64,000 nucleotides of DNA from an uncultured Gammaproteobacteria bacterium (GCA_964510495.1 CAZECR010000001.1:3781-67780), one strand, 5' to 3'. Numbered from the stretch's first letter, positions 48,953 through 57,621 are shown. Program-made: numbers and translations. Notes: generated from the sequence alone by a model not told the origin.

Positions 48953-49201
48953 CTACTGCTTGTCGCCAGCCTTCCAGCTGGCGCCGGGGCTGCCGGAGCA
49001 CCCGCTGCCCTTCGTGCCGCTCGAGCCGGCCTTGTCGCCGGAGGACTTGGCGCCGCCATCGGGCTTGGCGGTCGTCGTGGTCGTGGTCTTGGGCTTGTCC
49101 GCGGCCTTGGCGGACTTGATGAAGCTGTCGCCGCCCACGCTGCCGGCGAGGCTGAGGGCCGCGATGAGACAGAGGGCGGAACGCTTGGTGCTGGTCATCA
49201 T
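48953..49201 (-). CDS. Small secreted low-complexity peptide, GC-rich
   Basis: GGAAGGAG SD; KRSALCLIAALSLAG signal-like segment; K/T/S/G-rich mature part with one Cys. Confidence 0.75.
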   Translation of the reverse strand: MMTSTKRSALCLIAALSLAGSVGGDSFIKSAKAADKPKTTTTTTAKPDGGAKSSGDKAGSSGTKGSGCSGSPGASWKAGDKQ

Positions 49202-49373
49202 GGTGCTTCTCCTTCCAGAGGCTTATGTGCCCTTGGTTGTAGTAATGAAACTAACAAAAAAATACCCCTTCGTCAAGGTGGCAGGCTAGAACGGGTTTCG
49301 TCCTATGTGGTGGACTTGTAGCAGGAGTTGACGGTTCCGATTAAAAATGTTTAGCTGCCACTGGAGGTGCTCC

Positions 49374-49502
49374 ATGCCGAGAAGTTTGTTGGCAGTGGTT
49401 GTTCTATCCGCCCGTCTGTTCGTTGGTGTTGCGAACGCCGACACGAACGACATCCCGGAGTGTGTGCGCGTGCCCACACTCTTCTTCTTTTTTATAGTAT
49501 AA
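49374..49502 (+). pseudogene. Possible truncated remnant of an SD-led secreted-protein gene
   Basis: TTGACG at 49328, GGAGG-tgctcc-ATG; MPRSLLAVVVLSARLFVGVANA-DTNDIPEC; GC content drops abruptly near 49480. Confidence 0.45.
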
Positions 49503-49575
49503 CGAAGCTGAGAGAAGGGCTTGTAGGACTAGTATGTGAGTATAAAAAAACCGCCAAATGGCGGTAGTTGAATTT

Positions 49576-49764
49576 TTATTTTGGGGATTCAGTCTTAGGG
49601 TTCATTCCCGCTATCTTTTCTTGCAATGCGGCAATTTCATTTTGCGTATCGGCAGTGAGCTGAGTGAGGTCAGGTTTAGGCAAGGCAATAATAACCTCTG
49701 GTGCAGGCTCAGCAGGCCGTCTAAAGTCCTGTTTATTTTGCTCTGTTGGGCCTCTTTCGAGCAT
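49576..49764 (-). CDS. Small hypothetical protein
   Basis: MLERGPTEQNKQ..., 62 aa, TATACT upstream. Confidence 0.6.
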   Translation of the reverse strand: MLERGPTEQNKQDFRRPAEPAPEVIIALPKPDLTQLTADTQNEIAALQEKIAGMNPKTESPK

Positions 49765-49937
49765 AGAGTAAAAGTAGACACGGTACAAGTATATAGTAGC
49801 ACAAAAACCGGGTTTTGTCAAGTCAATTTTTGGCTTAATTGACAAACAAAATTTCCTCCCGTACACTAACTATAAGGTTCTTTTTCTTTTTCTAAGCTTT
49901 GTTTTGACCTGGTTACACGGGTCTTTTTGTCATTTAT

Positions 49938-52577
49938 ATGCAAGATAAAATTGTTATTAAGGGTGCCCGTGAGCATAATCTCAAAAATATCACGCTCGAA
50001 TTGCCGCGCAACAAAATGATTGCGTTTACTGGTCTGTCGGGATCAGGTAAATCGAGCCTGGCATTTGATACCATCTTTGCCGAAGGGCAGCGTCGGTATA
50101 TTGAAAGTCTTTCCGCCTATGCCCGTCAATTTTTGGGCGGTATGCAAAAACCGGACGTTGACGAGATCGAAGGGTTGTCACCGGCTATTTCGATTGACCA
50201 AAAAGCACATAGTGCTAACCCACGTTCGACCGTAGCAACGATCACGGAGATTTATGATTATCTACGTGTTATGTTTGCGCGCGTGGGGAATCCGTACTGT
50301 CCCGTGTGTGGTACCAGAATCGAAAAGATGACGGTAGACCAGATGATCGATCGCATTATTACCGAAACAAAATCTCAAAATGAAAAAACGAAAAAGATTA
50401 AAGTAGAAGAAAATCATCTGACGATTTTTTCACCTGTCGTACGGGGCCGCAAAGGGGAGTATTACCAGATGCTCTACGATTTGTACAACTCGGGATTTTT
50501 GGAAGTGCGCGTGGACGGCGCAATTAAAAGTTTGCGCGAACGAGTGCTCTTGTCAAAAAATAATAAACATACGATCGAAGTTGTGGTAGATAAAATTCCG
50601 CTCGTTAAAAAATGGGGCGATGACGATTTGCTGCGTTTAACGGAAGCAGTGAATAAAGCAGTCGATTTGTCGAACGGTCTTGCAACCATCAACTATCCGG
50701 GACAAGCTGAACACGTGTACAGTACCGAGTACTCTTGCCCGAACGATGGTTTTAGTTTTCCAGAAATCGAGCCGCGCTTGTTTAGTTTTAACAGCCCCTA
50801 TGGCTACTGCGAAGCCTGCACCGGACTTGGTACTAAAGAATTATTCAGCACCGAAATTTGCGATGTGTGTGAAGGGAAGCGCCTTAATAAAACAGCGCTC
50901 AGTGTGCGCGTAGCTGAAAAAAATATTTGGGAAGTAACCAGCCTCACGATTGGTGAAGCCCGTGAATTTTTTGCGGAAGTAGAATTATCGCTCGATGCTA
51001 AAACTGTTGAGATTGCTGGTGCAGTGTTCAGAGAAATTAGCAATCGTTTGCAATTCATGTTTAATGTGGGTTTGTATTATCTTAATTTAAATCGCAAAGC
51101 CGGAACATTGTCGGGTGGCGAGGCGCAGCGTATTCGTTTGGCCTCGCAAGTAGGTACTCGCCTCGTCGGCGCGCTCTACGTGCTCGATGAGCCGACTATT
51201 GGGCTGCATCAAAAAGATAACGATCAATTAGTAAAAACACTCCGGAGTCTTTGTGATATTGGTAACACCATTATTGTTGTTGAACATGACGAAGATACAA
51301 TTCTCGTCAGTGATTGGATTGTGGATATTGGCCCGGCAGCGGGTAAGCACGGGGGTGAAGTTGTGTATTCAGGCCCACTCGGAAAATTGCTGCAAGGAAA
51401 ACAAATTGCTACGGGCGCAATCAGTCAAACTGCCAAACGCAAGGCTGCAACCGTGGTGGAAGAAAATGAAACCTGGGGCTGCAAGGTTTTGGGTGATCCT
51501 AAAAAATCAATCACGGGAAAATATTTACGTGGCGACCTTAAAATTGAAATTCCCGAGAAGCGTCGCAAAGTGGATGCGTCGACCCCAAAAATTAAAATCA
51601 AGGGAGCGGAAGAACATAATCTCAAAAATATTTCAGTTGAGATTCCACTCCGCCGGTTTGTGTGTTTGACGGGTGTATCAGGATCGGGCAAATCAACGCT
51701 TATGAACGATGTGCTCGAAAAAACGCTGGCAAATCGTTTTTATCACATGAATAAAGAGGTGGGCAAACATAAAGAGATTACGGGTACGGAATACATCGAC
51801 CGTATGATCGTGATTGATCAAAGCCCAATCGGGCGTACACCGCGATCGAATCCAGCAACCTATACCAAGGCCTTTGATTTGATTCGTGAATTATTTGCAT
51901 CAACTGCAGAGTCCAAGCTCCGCGGTTTCAAAAGTGGGCGGTTTAGTTTCAATGTGCCTGGTGGACGATGCGAGAATTGTGAAGGACGTGGAACCTTGGA
52001 AATTGAAATGCATTTCTTGCCCAGCGTTGAAATCGTCTGCGACGTGTGTAAGGGTAAACGGTTCACCAATGAAATTTTGCAAGTGCAGTACAAAGATAAA
52101 AATGTGGCTGAGGTCTTGGCGATGACGGTTGAAGAAGCCGAAGAATTTTTCCGTGACATTCCGCTTATCAATGATAAATTAAAAATTCTGAACGAAGTTG
52201 GTTTGGATTATCTTACGCTCGGTCAGTCTGCGACTACGCTCTCAGGGGGTGAAGCGCAGCGTATAAAACTTTCCAAAGAATTATCGAAGCACGGTACGAC
52301 GAAAACATTGTATCTGCTGGACGAACCAACAACTGGTTTACATTACGATGATGTTCGTAAACTGGTGGGCGTGCTCGATCGGTTGGTCGGACAGGGTAAT
52401 ACCGTGATGGTTATTGAGCACAATCTTGATGTTATCAAATGCGCCGACTGGATTATCGACCTTGGGCCCGAAGGCGGCGACAAGGGTGGTCAGGTAATTG
52501 CAACCGGAACACCCGAAGAAGTATCGATTAAAAAAGGTAGCTTTACGGGTGAGTATTTGAAACGAATGTTGAAGTAA
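49938..52577 (+). CDS. uvrA: Excinuclease ABC subunit A
   Basis: GAREHNLKN, GLSGSGKSS, two LSGGEAQR signatures, zinc fingers. Confidence 0.99.
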   Translation: MQDKIVIKGAREHNLKNITLELPRNKMIAFTGLSGSGKSSLAFDTIFAEGQRRYIESLSAYARQFLGGMQKPDVDEIEGLSPAISIDQKAHSANPRSTVATITEIYDYLRVMFARVGNPYCPVCGTRIEKMTVDQMIDRIITETKSQNEKTKKIKVEENHLTIFSPVVRGRKGEYYQMLYDLYNSGFLEVRVDGAIKSLRERVLLSKNNKHTIEVVVDKIPLVKKWGDDDLLRLTEAVNKAVDLSNGLATINYPGQAEHVYSTEYSCPNDGFSFPEIEPRLFSFNSPYGYCEACTGLGTKELFSTEICDVCEGKRLNKTALSVRVAEKNIWEVTSLTIGEAREFFAEVELSLDAKTVEIAGAVFREISNRLQFMFNVGLYYLNLNRKAGTLSGGEAQRIRLASQVGTRLVGALYVLDEPTIGLHQKDNDQLVKTLRSLCDIGNTIIVVEHDEDTILVSDWIVDIGPAAGKHGGEVVYSGPLGKLLQGKQIATGAISQTAKRKAATVVEENETWGCKVLGDPKKSITGKYLRGDLKIEIPEKRRKVDASTPKIKIKGAEEHNLKNISVEIPLRRFVCLTGVSGSGKSTLMNDVLEKTLANRFYHMNKEVGKHKEITGTEYIDRMIVIDQSPIGRTPRSNPATYTKAFDLIRELFASTAESKLRGFKSGRFSFNVPGGRCENCEGRGTLEIEMHFLPSVEIVCDVCKGKRFTNEILQVQYKDKNVAEVLAMTVEEAEEFFRDIPLINDKLKILNEVGLDYLTLGQSATTLSGGEAQRIKLSKELSKHGTTKTLYLLDEPTTGLHYDDVRKLVGVLDRLVGQGNTVMVIEHNLDVIKCADWIIDLGPEGGDKGGQVIATGTPEEVSIKKGSFTGEYLKRMLK

Positions 52578-52652
52578 CTGTTTCGAGCGCACGTTCCAAA
52601 TTTTTTGGCTGGTAAGCTCGACGGCTGATGGATTGTACTCCGTCAGCCTTTT

Positions 52653-53204
52653 TTAATAATCCTCCGCGTATGAAGGTGCAAAATATTCGAGCTGCAGCTT
52701 GAAGGCGGCGAGCGAATGGGCAACAACGCGGGGTGTAAAGAGCGGTGCGAGTTTTAGTCGCCGGGCGATTTCAGTAGGCGTTAGTTCTTCAAAGTAATGG
52801 TAGCGAAGAACTTTTTGCTGCTGAGGTGTGAGCGTTCCGAGTACGCGCTCGACTAGTTTTTTTATTTCAACATACTTGAGCCTGGCAGTGATTGACTCGG
52901 CTGCCAACAGGTCTTCGATCGAAAAATGCTCTTGTGTGAGTGGTACTGTTTTGAGCAGCGGCTCTTGCGCGATCGGTGCCGGTCCGTAGAGCTTGCACGG
53001 AAAGAGATCGGTTATGCTCAGGCCAAAGGTGTCGGCGATTTTTTGAGCAAGAGTGCGGTAGGTGTACGGCGAATGCCGCAGTTTGATTAGTGCCCGAACC
53101 ATATTTGGCGAGCAGCAATTTTCTCGGCTAAAACGTTCAACGGATCGATAGTTTGCGGCAATGAGCTGTCGCAGTAGCGTGTTTTCCGGACGCTGGCGTG
53201 CCAT
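52653..53204 (-). CDS. Putative DNA-binding protein (XRE-like N-terminus plus sigma-70 region 4), SD-led
   Basis: AQKIADTFGLSITDLFP; LGTLTPQQQKVLRYHYFEELTPTEIARRL; AGGAGG-ctgca-ATG. Confidence 0.75.
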   Translation of the reverse strand: MARQRPENTLLRQLIAANYRSVERFSRENCCSPNMVRALIKLRHSPYTYRTLAQKIADTFGLSITDLFPCKLYGPAPIAQEPLLKTVPLTQEHFSIEDLLAAESITARLKYVEIKKLVERVLGTLTPQQQKVLRYHYFEELTPTEIARRLKLAPLFTPRVVAHSLAAFKLQLEYFAPSYAEDY

Positions 53205-53503
53205 TGCAGCCTCCTGTAAGCGTACTAATTTATAAAAGATATACATCATTTTAGAGTTTAGGTCAAGTATTTTTTATCTTATTTTAGCCAAAATATGCCT
53301 TTGGTATCTTGACAAATCCTATATAATGTGCTATGCTGTGGCATCTTCTGCCTGCGCAGAGGATTTTTTTATTTAAAACGTTCTTTACTACATGTTTCTT
53401 GGCGGTGAAAAAGGCGTTCTGTGCCTTGTTTTCCGCTAAGAAACCCTTTGCTCTGATCCGCCGTGCGTCGGATACGCATGTTTCTGTTCCAGGAGTACAG
53501 CAT

Positions 53504-53947
53504 ATGGAGAAGTCCGCAGTTATCAATCGTCTCACGTCCGGCCTCGTGGTGCTCGCCACCATCCTCAGCCTCTCCGGCTGCGGACAGGGGTTCGAGCCGG
53601 TGCCGATTTACGACGATGAGATCGAGGACTATTACTACGCCGATCTGAGCGCCAGTGGGCTTATCCCTGAGCAGCCGGCATGGGTCGTGGTGCGTAATAT
53701 TCCGGAGGGCGGAAAGCTTGCTCTCCTGTATGGAAGTGACGCGAGCGATTCGCGTCCGCACCAGATCGGTTTTCTGGTCTGTCTGGCGAATGAGCAGGTT
53801 CACTCGCTCGCCACGGGGGAGATGGGGATGATGGCTTCGGAGCGGATGGAAGTGGGGAGCACCTACTACACAGGTGCAACGATGGTGAAGGTCATCTGCA
53901 CGGTGCAGATCGACGGCGCCTACCACGCAGCAGTTCGCAAGAAGTAG
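53504..53947 (+). CDS. Putative lipoprotein, GC-rich
   Basis: AGGAG SD; lipobox ILSLSG-C; TTGACA-17-TATGCT promoter at 53309. Confidence 0.75.
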   Translation: MEKSAVINRLTSGLVVLATILSLSGCGQGFEPVPIYDDEIEDYYYADLSASGLIPEQPAWVVVRNIPEGGKLALLYGSDASDSRPHQIGFLVCLANEQVHSLATGEMGMMASERMEVGSTYYTGATMVKVICTVQIDGAYHAAVRKK

Positions 53948-54059
53948 CACTCGACCCCTTCCCGCATTCGAGTGTGTGTTTTCCCGGTCAGGCTGCGATT
54001 CAATTCGCGCCTGACCGATGTTCCTTAGTACTTTTAAAAAAAGTATTGAGGAGCAGAAT

Positions 54060-54088
54060 AAAAAACTCCTGGTATCAGGAGTTTTTTT
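54060..54088. terminator. Bidirectional terminator between convergent lipoprotein genes
   Basis: aaaaaactcctg-gtat-caggagttttttt. Confidence 0.8.
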
Positions 54089-54110
54089 ATTTTTAGTATG
54101 AGGGAGGGGG

Positions 54111-54144
54111 GTGGAGCGAGAAGAGAAAATATTTCTCGCTCCAC
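54111..54144 (-). repeat. 3' hairpin GTGGAGCG...CGCTCCAC, copy B
   Basis: gtggagcgagaa...ttctcgctccac. Confidence 0.7.
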
Positions 54145-54156
54145 AGTAGCGGGGGG

Positions 54157-54621
54157 CTACTTGGCGCTGGCGTCAAGAACCAGCTGGATTTTGGTGCGCG
54201 CCTGGCCGCCGAGCTGGGTTGGTCCGATGCCGGCAATACGTTCTACGCCGGTGACGAACTGGCTGTTCTCGCTCAGGAACGCTTCGGCGGTGATGTCGAA
54301 TGTGAGCAGGCAGGCGAGCGGCGGGACGTGAATTGTCCAGTACGCCGGTAGCACACACTTCGGTGCCCCGAGCTTGAGGTCGGCCATCTTGATGGTCTTA
54401 CCGTCGCAATCAATGGCGATGGCTGTTCCGTTCATGCTGTCGCACTGTTCGAAGCGGTTCGGCGCGCTGTTCGGTGTCCGAAGCTCGATCGCGAGGCAGG
54501 CCTCGCTTACGCCGCACATCGAGAACGGATCGCTTGGTGGTGCCGCAGCAGGGGTGGCGAAGCCGCACCCACCAATGAGGAGACTGATCAAAGTGGTCGC
54601 AATATCAATGGTTCGGGACAT
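54157..54621 (-). CDS. Putative Cys-rich lipoprotein, GC-rich
   Basis: AGGAG-aacacc-ATG; lipobox-like LLIGG-C; six further Cys. Confidence 0.75.
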   Translation of the reverse strand: MSRTIDIATTLISLLIGGCGFATPAAAPPSDPFSMCGVSEACLAIELRTPNSAPNRFEQCDSMNGTAIAIDCDGKTIKMADLKLGAPKCVLPAYWTIHVPPLACLLTFDITAEAFLSENSQFVTGVERIAGIGPTQLGGQARTKIQLVLDASAK

Positions 54622-54708
54622 GGTGTTCTCCTGCGTGAGTTGCTTTGACCCTACCAGGAACCTTATTGCTTTTCAAGTGCCAGTTTTTTGCTATACTACC
54701 TCTACTCT

Positions 54709-55965
54709 ATGGCCTTAGCACTACAGGAATATCTAGCTGATCCAAGTAAGCTCCCCGACACGCCAGGGATTTATTTGTATTATGGTCAAAATAAGGAGTT
54801 GTTGTACGTAGGTAAAGCCACGTCACTTCGTAGTCGTGTGCGCAGTTATTTCCGCGGGAAGCGTACACCACGGCCGATTGAAGAAATGATCCACGAGGTT
54901 GTCAAAATCGATTACCGACAGACTGATTCGGTGCTCGAGGCAATTATTTTGGAAGCTTTATCGATTCGTCGATTTCATCCTAAATATAATGTACTTGGTA
55001 AAGATGATAAAAGTTGGAATTATTTAGTGTTAACTCGAGATGAGTTTTCGTCGCTCAAGACCTCGCGCGAGCATGATCTCGAGGCTATGAGCCGAGCTGA
55101 GATTAAAAAAAAGTATCTCAAAATATTTGGTCCGTTTCCAGGACTCAATGCCAAAGCAACGCTTAAGCTTTTACGCCAGCTGTTTTGTTTTTCCACGTGT
55201 GAGCCCGGTGTGGGGCGGCCTTGTTTTTATTATGAAATCAATCAGTGTTTGGGGGTATGTATGGGTACGGTCACAGCCAAAGAGTATCAGGAACTCGTTA
55301 TCCGTCCTTTAAGTTTATTTTTGGACGGTAAGAAAAAACAAGTTGTCAAAGAGTTTGAAAAGCAAATGAAGCTGGCGAGTCGAGCTCAAAATTTTGAAAC
55401 CGCGGCGCGCCTGCGCAACCAATTGCAATCACTCTACCGCATCCATGATGTAGCGCTCCTCAATAATAGTTTTTACACAGATGAAGGATCAAATGATCCG
55501 AATGCTAAACGGTTACGTATCGAAGGGTATGATATTTCCAATTTGGGCCGGACAGATAAAGTGGGGAGTATGGTAGTGTTTGATAACAGTGGTCCCGTCT
55601 CGAGTCAGTATCGTAAATTTACAATTAAAACAGTCGAAGGCCAAAGTGATGTTGATTCACTTGCTGAAGTAATTAATCGCCGCCTGAATCATACCGAATG
55701 GCCTTTCCCTGATGTATTTCTAATTGATGGCGGGCGGCCGCAAGTTAATAAGGTGAATCAGGTATTGGGTGAACGCCAAATCACTATTCCAGTTGTGGGT
55801 ATTGCCAAAGGACCGGAACGTAAACGCAATGATTTTATCTTGGGCACACTTACCCCGGCGTTTATTGCTTTTGTTGACGAACATCGTACTTTATTGGTAA
55901 AGGTGCGTGATGAGGCGCATCGTTTTGCTATAACTTTTAATAGGAGTAAGCGAAAAATTAAATAA
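54709..55965 (+). CDS. uvrC: Excinuclease ABC subunit C (short form, no HhH domain)
   Basis: GIY..YVGKA..LRSRVRSYF GIY-YIG domain, UVR domain, IEGYDISN, IDGG, VRDEAHRFA. Confidence 0.95.
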   Translation: MALALQEYLADPSKLPDTPGIYLYYGQNKELLYVGKATSLRSRVRSYFRGKRTPRPIEEMIHEVVKIDYRQTDSVLEAIILEALSIRRFHPKYNVLGKDDKSWNYLVLTRDEFSSLKTSREHDLEAMSRAEIKKKYLKIFGPFPGLNAKATLKLLRQLFCFSTCEPGVGRPCFYYEINQCLGVCMGTVTAKEYQELVIRPLSLFLDGKKKQVVKEFEKQMKLASRAQNFETAARLRNQLQSLYRIHDVALLNNSFYTDEGSNDPNAKRLRIEGYDISNLGRTDKVGSMVVFDNSGPVSSQYRKFTIKTVEGQSDVDSLAEVINRRLNHTEWPFPDVFLIDGGRPQVNKVNQVLGERQITIPVVGIAKGPERKRNDFILGTLTPAFIAFVDEHRTLLVKVRDEAHRFAITFNRSKRKIK

Positions 55966-55970
55966 AATTT

Positions 55971-56672
55971 ATGAAACTCCATTATTTTATCACCCCCTTT
56001 AGTGTGGCTGAAGAAACAGTTGCTGTCGCGGATACAAAAGTTATTCATCACATTAAAGACGTTTTAAAAATAGACGTGGGTGAAAAAATTATGCTGGCCG
56101 ATGGGGCAGGGAATAAAGTATTGATTCGATTGTCTAAACTCGGCAAAGATTTTCTGGAAGGGCAGCTCTTGGAGCATGAAGCTGATTTGCCGCTCGCGCC
56201 GGCCGTAACACTCTACGCGGCAATGTTGAAGCGCGATATGTTTGAGCTCGTGGTGCAAAAAGCAGTTGAGCTTGGAATTACAAAAATTGTACCGCTCATA
56301 ACTGAGCGAACTGTAAAGCTTGGTTTTAATCGTGAACGCTTGGAGAGAATCATTATTGAAGCGGTGGAACAGTCGGAACAAAGTATTGTTCCGATGCTTG
56401 GTGAGCCATTGTCGTTGTCGGGGGCGTTTGCTGGGACTGCCGAAAGTAGTTGTTATTTTTTTCAACAAGAAGGGTCAAAGATTGCAGAGGTTATTCTTTC
56501 CGATAAAAAACCAATTGCACTTTTTATTGGCCCTGAAGGAGGCTTTGCCCCAGAAGAAGTCGGGCTCGCTAAGGCGCAGGGCGCTACCCTCGTGAGTCTT
56601 GGGCCTACCATGCTCCGTGCTGAAACAGCAGCTATTGCAACAGTATTTTGGGCACGCAATTTGCTAAAGTAA
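55971..56672 (+). CDS. rsmE: 16S rRNA m3U1498 methyltransferase
   Basis: HHIKDVL, QKAVELG, EAVEQS, IGPEGGF, LGPTMLRAETA. Confidence 0.95.
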   Translation: MKLHYFITPFSVAEETVAVADTKVIHHIKDVLKIDVGEKIMLADGAGNKVLIRLSKLGKDFLEGQLLEHEADLPLAPAVTLYAAMLKRDMFELVVQKAVELGITKIVPLITERTVKLGFNRERLERIIIEAVEQSEQSIVPMLGEPLSLSGAFAGTAESSCYFFQQEGSKIAEVILSDKKPIALFIGPEGGFAPEEVGLAKAQGATLVSLGPTMLRAETAAIATVFWARNLLK

Positions 56673-56731
56673 CGTGTAAGGTTGTCAGAACGAGCGCAGG
56701 AGTCTATACTACAATAATTAATCACTTTTGT

Positions 56732-57202
56732 ATGAAATTAACAGTTGGCTCCATTGCGCCGGATTTTTCCTTGCCTGATAGTGAAGGGGTCATGCATGCC
56801 CTCAAGGACTATCACGGGAAGTATGTGCTTATCTATTTTTATCCAAAAGACGATACCCCAGGCTGTACGACTGAAGCATGTAGTTTTCGTGATAATGTAA
56901 GTCGTTTTAAGGAGCGTGGTATTACTGTGCTGGGGGTGAGTGCGGATAGCGCGCAAAAACATCAAAAATTTGCCGCTAAGTATAAGCTGCCCTTTACGCT
57001 CTTGTCTGACGAATCGAAAGATATGCTTCTGGCCTACGGTGTGTGGGGAAAGAAGAAGTTTATCGGTCGTGAATATGATGGTATTTTCCGTAATTCCTTT
57101 TTGATTGACCCTGAAGGGAAAATTCTTAAAATCTACGAAAACGTTAAACCTGCCAAACACATCGAAGAAATTTTGCAGGATTTTGCTGAACTCACTGCTT
57201 AA
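56732..57202 (+). CDS. bcp: Thioredoxin-dependent peroxiredoxin BCP
   Basis: YFYPKDDTPGCTTEACSFRD. Confidence 0.95.
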   Translation: MKLTVGSIAPDFSLPDSEGVMHALKDYHGKYVLIYFYPKDDTPGCTTEACSFRDNVSRFKERGITVLGVSADSAQKHQKFAAKYKLPFTLLSDESKDMLLAYGVWGKKKFIGREYDGIFRNSFLIDPEGKILKIYENVKPAKHIEEILQDFAELTA

Positions 57203-57213
57203 TTTCTACACTC

Positions 57214-57621
57214 ATGCCTGATCTGTTTACGGTTTCATACGGAGAAATTTTGTGGGATTCTTACGATGGACCAGCACAGCGTATTTTAATAATGGCCACC
57301 TTAGCGAGTCAGTCCAAAGAAGCGATCGGACTTTTGGCTACGGATGGACTCGCTCAATTTGAAGCTAAGCGAGATCGGATACGTTTTCCTAAGCCAGATA
57401 TTCGTTTATTCAAGTGTGAGCGGCAGGGAACAGTGTGGCAACTGGTTGATTATGATGAGCGCCTACCGGGCGACACTATTTCGCTAAAAGACTGGGTTTT
57501 GGAGTATGAATCGGTCCTAGAATCGGATGTGGTTCGGCTGGCCTTACAGGCTAAGATGCCTATGCTGCAGAATGGTTTTTTACAGCAGGTAGCAGGGCGC
57601 CTTGTGTCCCAGAATGCTTAA
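57214..57621 (+). CDS. Hypothetical protein
   Basis: 135-aa ORF directly after bcp on the same strand. Confidence 0.65.
   Translation: MPDLFTVSYGEILWDSYDGPAQRILIMATLASQSKEAIGLLATDGLAQFEAKRDRIRFPKPDIRLFKCERQGTVWQLVDYDERLPGDTISLKDWVLEYESVLESDVVRLALQAKMPMLQNGFLQQVAGRLVSQNA

Noticed and set aside
48953-49201. DUF692/MNIO RiPP precursor call
   Set aside because: Only one mature-region Cys motif and no maturase nearby; kept as a generic secreted peptide.
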